In this document: piece after piece, positions 17,112 to 20,147 of the stretch | Position numbering within the stretch: position 1 is the first letter of the stretch | Layout of the letters: each line of letters begins with the position of its first letter | Origin: Candidatus Thorarchaeota archaeon | GTDB lineage: Archaea > Asgardarchaeota > Thorarchaeia > Thorarchaeales > Thorarchaeaceae | Direction of reading: 5' to 3' | NCBI GenBank assembly: GCA_048884965.1 | Contig: JBHLQH010000037.1 | Coordinates: 7,401-27,547, forward strand | DNA length: 20,147 bases | The notes under the pieces: model-generated | What the model was told of the DNA's origin: nothing | Database searches by the model: none | What the model saw: the letters and a program-made list of their open reading frames with translations, nothing else | Position numbers and translations under genes: made by a program

Positions 17112-17260
17112 GCATTCGGGTTTGTTTCAATCTGAGTAGTCGCAGGGGATATTTGAAGAGTATTACTGAAAAGGGATGAAGAGTAACTTGTATTCAGATA
17201 TCCATTCTAAAACCTAGAATTATATTCCCTCAGGACCGTTGTCACTTGGGGAATACGTAA

Positions 17261-19567
17261 TTGAAACGTGAAAAGATACTATCCCTTTTTCTAGTAGTAG
17301 CTTTCTTAGCTCCTGTTTTCTTTCCTCTTGGACAGTCGAGCTATGAATGCTATGTGTTCTATGATGCCACATCTACAACCGAATCATCCATTATGATCGG
17401 TTTAGAGATGCTTCAGACTGTATGCGATGAGAAAATTCCTTTGAAACTAGTTCCAGTTGATTCGAGGACGGACTTTTACCAGCATGGAAACGCTATGGAT
17501 GCTGCGATATTTTTGTTTCATGGATCTGAACAAGGATTGACTTTAAGCAGTCAAGATGATACCTTTTTCTCTTGGCTAGAGCTTGCAGATTTCATTGATG
17601 GCACCTGCTTCTCTGAATACTTCGTACTAAGCTGCGATTCAACGGTAATAGACGAGATGGTAGAAAAGGAAAGAGTTCTGACCTTTGTTGGTAATGTGGA
17701 TGCAAAAATAGCTGTAGCTATTGCCTTGCATAAAATTGACTCTATAATTCGCCACTATAGTCAAAGGATATCATTCAGGGTATTTCAAAATTTGTTGACC
17801 GCAATTTCAGAAGATCTCCAGTTCTTCTCCAGATTCTTCACTCCTATTGACCCTCTAGGCTTAGAGCCTATTGGTGAGGAAACAACAACGCAGTATGGTC
17901 TTCTTGTTAGCACCCTCGAAGAGCTACGAGATTCAGTTCATGCTCAGGCCAGACTGATTATATCAGAAAAAAGCTACCAGTATGTTGTTAGCCTTGCCTT
18001 CGAAGCTATAATGAATCTATTAACCGGTCATATGTATGCCATCATGAAGGATGCAGCAGAGTATATCGGAGCGATCTGGCAAGATCTTGAAGATGTGATT
18101 ACTGATGTAATCAATGGTGATATTAGTGCATCCTCATTCGAAAGCGCAATTGCTGCTGTCATTGACCTTTGGCATCTGACTGAGATTGCACGCGAAATGA
18201 TAACAAGCGAAAAAGCAAGGTACATTCTTCAATGGGTGGACTTACCAGCCTTCGTTGCTTCTTTTATCTATACATACGCAACTCTAAAGGCTCAGGTAGA
18301 AGATGACGACTATGGTGAGCGGAATATTTACTCTGACAGTCTGGCAATTGCCATGGACGATGAGCAATACCGTGACATCCCCGGTGTTCTTTTTGTACCT
18401 CAAACAACCAGCATCGTCAATGCTCTTGATGACCTTATCAGCGTTCTAAAGGGCGCATTTAACTATGACACGATAAGAAGCAAAGCGAGTACTGTGGTCA
18501 GTACATGTGATACCGCATTGAGTATTGTCACATATATTGGCGGGGACACAGAAGACTATACTGAGCTTCTCCTAAAATCGGTGAAAGCAGCTGCCAAGAG
18601 TATCTATGATAGTGGTGCGTACTATCTTGACCGATATGCGGATGACAACTACTACTACGAGATGGATTGGAGCGTAAGTGCTGATTGGTGGACATCGAAA
18701 CTGAACATCGCTTACAGTTTCAGGAATCCTACAAGTAATCAAGTGCCTATCTATAGTATTTGGACTAGATTTACTGAAACAAGAGCTGGCAGTTCTCGCG
18801 AATCTCTTATGACCTACTACTACTATCTTCTTCCTGGTGAGACGTTTTCGGATAGCTTCAAGCTTAGCTACGATGGATGGAAAGGATGGAGTGTTTCATA
18901 TGAGTGGAACCTTGAAATCCGTCATTGGGTAGATCTTTATGGAAGCTACAAGAGCAGCACTGATAGTGACGGAGATGGAATGTCCGACTATCAGGAGCTG
19001 TGGAGTGTCTTTGGATATCGAACAAGTCCGACCCTTGCTGATACAGATAGAGATGGATACAGAGACAAGTATGAGATTGATCATGGTTGGAACCCGTTAG
19101 ATCCTAGTAGTCCCAATAGTGGAGGTGGTAGTGGTTGTCCAATACTCTTTGTATACGATGGGTCTACATATCATGAGGAAGGATTGCTCGATATTCATGA
19201 TGCCGATGGAAATGATATCACTCTGAGCCATGAATTATCTTGCATGCCTGGACGTGTAGGTCTACGGTATTGGTTGAGGTTGGAAGAGCACCAATTGACA
19301 ATCTCACATATTGATCAAGTCAAGCTCTACGCCCGACTGAGAAACGGATGGATTGTGCAATGTCCTCTAATGCTAGCCGAGCACTCAGCACTTGGAGATG
19401 TTACTCAGGAACTTCGTACTAGCGATGATATCCGGGTGGATGAGATAGGAGCCAAGTTCAACAATGGAACCAGTGAGTCTATTCACTTAGAATTCTTCTC
19501 ATTTCCTGGATTACCAGTAGAATCTTTCTTCTTTGTAATTGAAGGAAACAATGTAGTCCTTAAGTAG
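17261..19567 (+). CDS. Large exported modular protein: candidate clan CD peptidase domain, helical region, Ig-like domain, DxDxDG repeats, C-terminal 'GCP' domain
   Basis: Basic/hydrophobic signal peptide; AIFLFHG...FVLSCDS; YSFRNP...LLPGET; DSDGDGMSD and DTDRDGYRD; SGGGSGCPILFVYDG. TTG start. Confidence 0.8.
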   Translation: MKREKILSLFLVVAFLAPVFFPLGQSSYECYVFYDATSTTESSIMIGLEMLQTVCDEKIPLKLVPVDSRTDFYQHGNAMDAAIFLFHGSEQGLTLSSQDDTFFSWLELADFIDGTCFSEYFVLSCDSTVIDEMVEKERVLTFVGNVDAKIAVAIALHKIDSIIRHYSQRISFRVFQNLLTAISEDLQFFSRFFTPIDPLGLEPIGEETTTQYGLLVSTLEELRDSVHAQARLIISEKSYQYVVSLAFEAIMNLLTGHMYAIMKDAAEYIGAIWQDLEDVITDVINGDISASSFESAIAAVIDLWHLTEIAREMITSEKARYILQWVDLPAFVASFIYTYATLKAQVEDDDYGERNIYSDSLAIAMDDEQYRDIPGVLFVPQTTSIVNALDDLISVLKGAFNYDTIRSKASTVVSTCDTALSIVTYIGGDTEDYTELLLKSVKAAAKSIYDSGAYYLDRYADDNYYYEMDWSVSADWWTSKLNIAYSFRNPTSNQVPIYSIWTRFTETRAGSSRESLMTYYYYLLPGETFSDSFKLSYDGWKGWSVSYEWNLEIRHWVDLYGSYKSSTDSDGDGMSDYQELWSVFGYRTSPTLADTDRDGYRDKYEIDHGWNPLDPSSPNSGGGSGCPILFVYDGSTYHEEGLLDIHDADGNDITLSHELSCMPGRVGLRYWLRLEEHQLTISHIDQVKLYARLRNGWIVQCPLMLAEHSALGDVTQELRTSDDIRVDEIGAKFNNGTSESIHLEFFSFPGLPVESFFFVIEGNNVVLK

Positions 19568-19583
19568 ACTAAGGGTATTGAAT

Positions 19584-19632
19584 GATGCAGCAACTACCTG
19601 AATTCTTTGTAGTTGCTGTATCTCTCTTTTTT
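19584..19632 (+). terminator. Stem-loop plus T-tract between convergent genes
   Basis: GATGCAGCAACTAC (19584-19597) pairs with GTAGTTGCTGTATC (19609-19622): 14 bp with one G-U, followed by TCTCTTTTTT. Confidence 0.7.
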
Positions 19633-19646
19633 ACAGCTATTATCTA

Positions 19647-20144
19647 CTATGCTGCGACCTGTACCATATCACGGAGCCCAGAAACTATCATCTTGTAGCC
19701 ATTGACTCGTTCCTTGGGATCTATGGCGACCATGCCATAGGTCGGGATGCCTAGAAGGTCCTGAACAGAGTCAGGTTTCATAGCACCGGGAATGTCTTGC
19801 TTGTTGGCAACAGCGATAAGATCAACATTCTGAAGCTGGTCCTTGTATTTGTGAAGGAGTTGACGGGTCTTCAAGACAGCCTTCGGAGTGCTTTCAGTAA
19901 CGACGACGACAAGTCTGCTCCCCTTGAGAAGATCAGGCCACATGAATTCAAAGTGCGTTTGACCACCCATCTCAACTAGAGAGATCTTCGTGGTTTCATC
20001 AAGAGTGATTGTTCCACAATCCATACCAGGAGTTGGTCTATAGTTTGTTTCTAGTTTCTTGGTATTATCGGTCAACAACTTGATGAGTGTCGACTTGCCT
20101 GCATAACCTGATCCCATGAGAGCTACTTTGACGTATTGCGTCAT
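19647..20144 (-). CDS. Small Ras-superfamily GTPase (Arf/Rab/MglA-like); may extend 5' beyond the window
   Basis: G1 GSGYAGKST, G2 PT, G3 EMGGQ, G4 NKQD. No in-frame stop between the ATG and the window edge. Confidence 0.9.
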   Translation of the reverse strand: MTQYVKVALMGSGYAGKSTLIKLLTDNTKKLETNYRPTPGMDCGTITLDETTKISLVEMGGQTHFEFMWPDLLKGSRLVVVVTESTPKAVLKTRQLLHKYKDQLQNVDLIAVANKQDIPGAMKPDSVQDLLGIPTYGMVAIDPKERVNGYKMIVSGLRDMVQVAA

Positions 20145-20147
20145 ATG

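Noticed and set aside
19136-19567. Intein or Hint domain
   Set aside because: Begins with Cys but lacks TxxH and a terminal His-Asn.
19582-19622. SECIS element (AUGA followed by a stem)
   Set aside because: No GA on the 3' arm to form the quartet, and the upstream gene has no in-frame UGA.
1-20147. CRISPR array or long tandem repeats
   Set aside because: No regularly spaced repeats were seen; the window is almost entirely coding.

Overview
Core-genome window from an archaeon. The combination of Elf1, an Arf/Rab-like small GTPase, archaeal RNAP and r-protein genes and ~45% GC (visual estimate) suggests an Asgard archaeon, possibly Thorarchaeia (inference). Left to right: a partial SufS-type cysteine desulfurase behind a small CxxC winged-helix protein; elf1; a 41-aa single-pass membrane ORF missed by the ORF track that resembles eukaryotic Ost4; a hypothetical gene, Lhr helicase and EngB; a sequon-rich GIFT-domain membrane protein (Wbp1/OST48-like features); a SWIM Zn-finger gene divergent from a metallophosphoesterase; tRNA-Pro(CGG) with A37; a membrane protein; a C5-methyltransferase plus a SPOUT-like gene; a four-gene archaeal (anhydromevalonate-phosphate) mevalonate operon; the rpoD-L18e-L13-S9-rpoN-S2 operon; a 768-aa exported modular protein with a candidate caspase-like (clan CD) dyad; and a small GTPase. 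No transposase, integrase or CRISPR array was seen. All homology calls come from motif recognition and remembered family sequences, not database searches.
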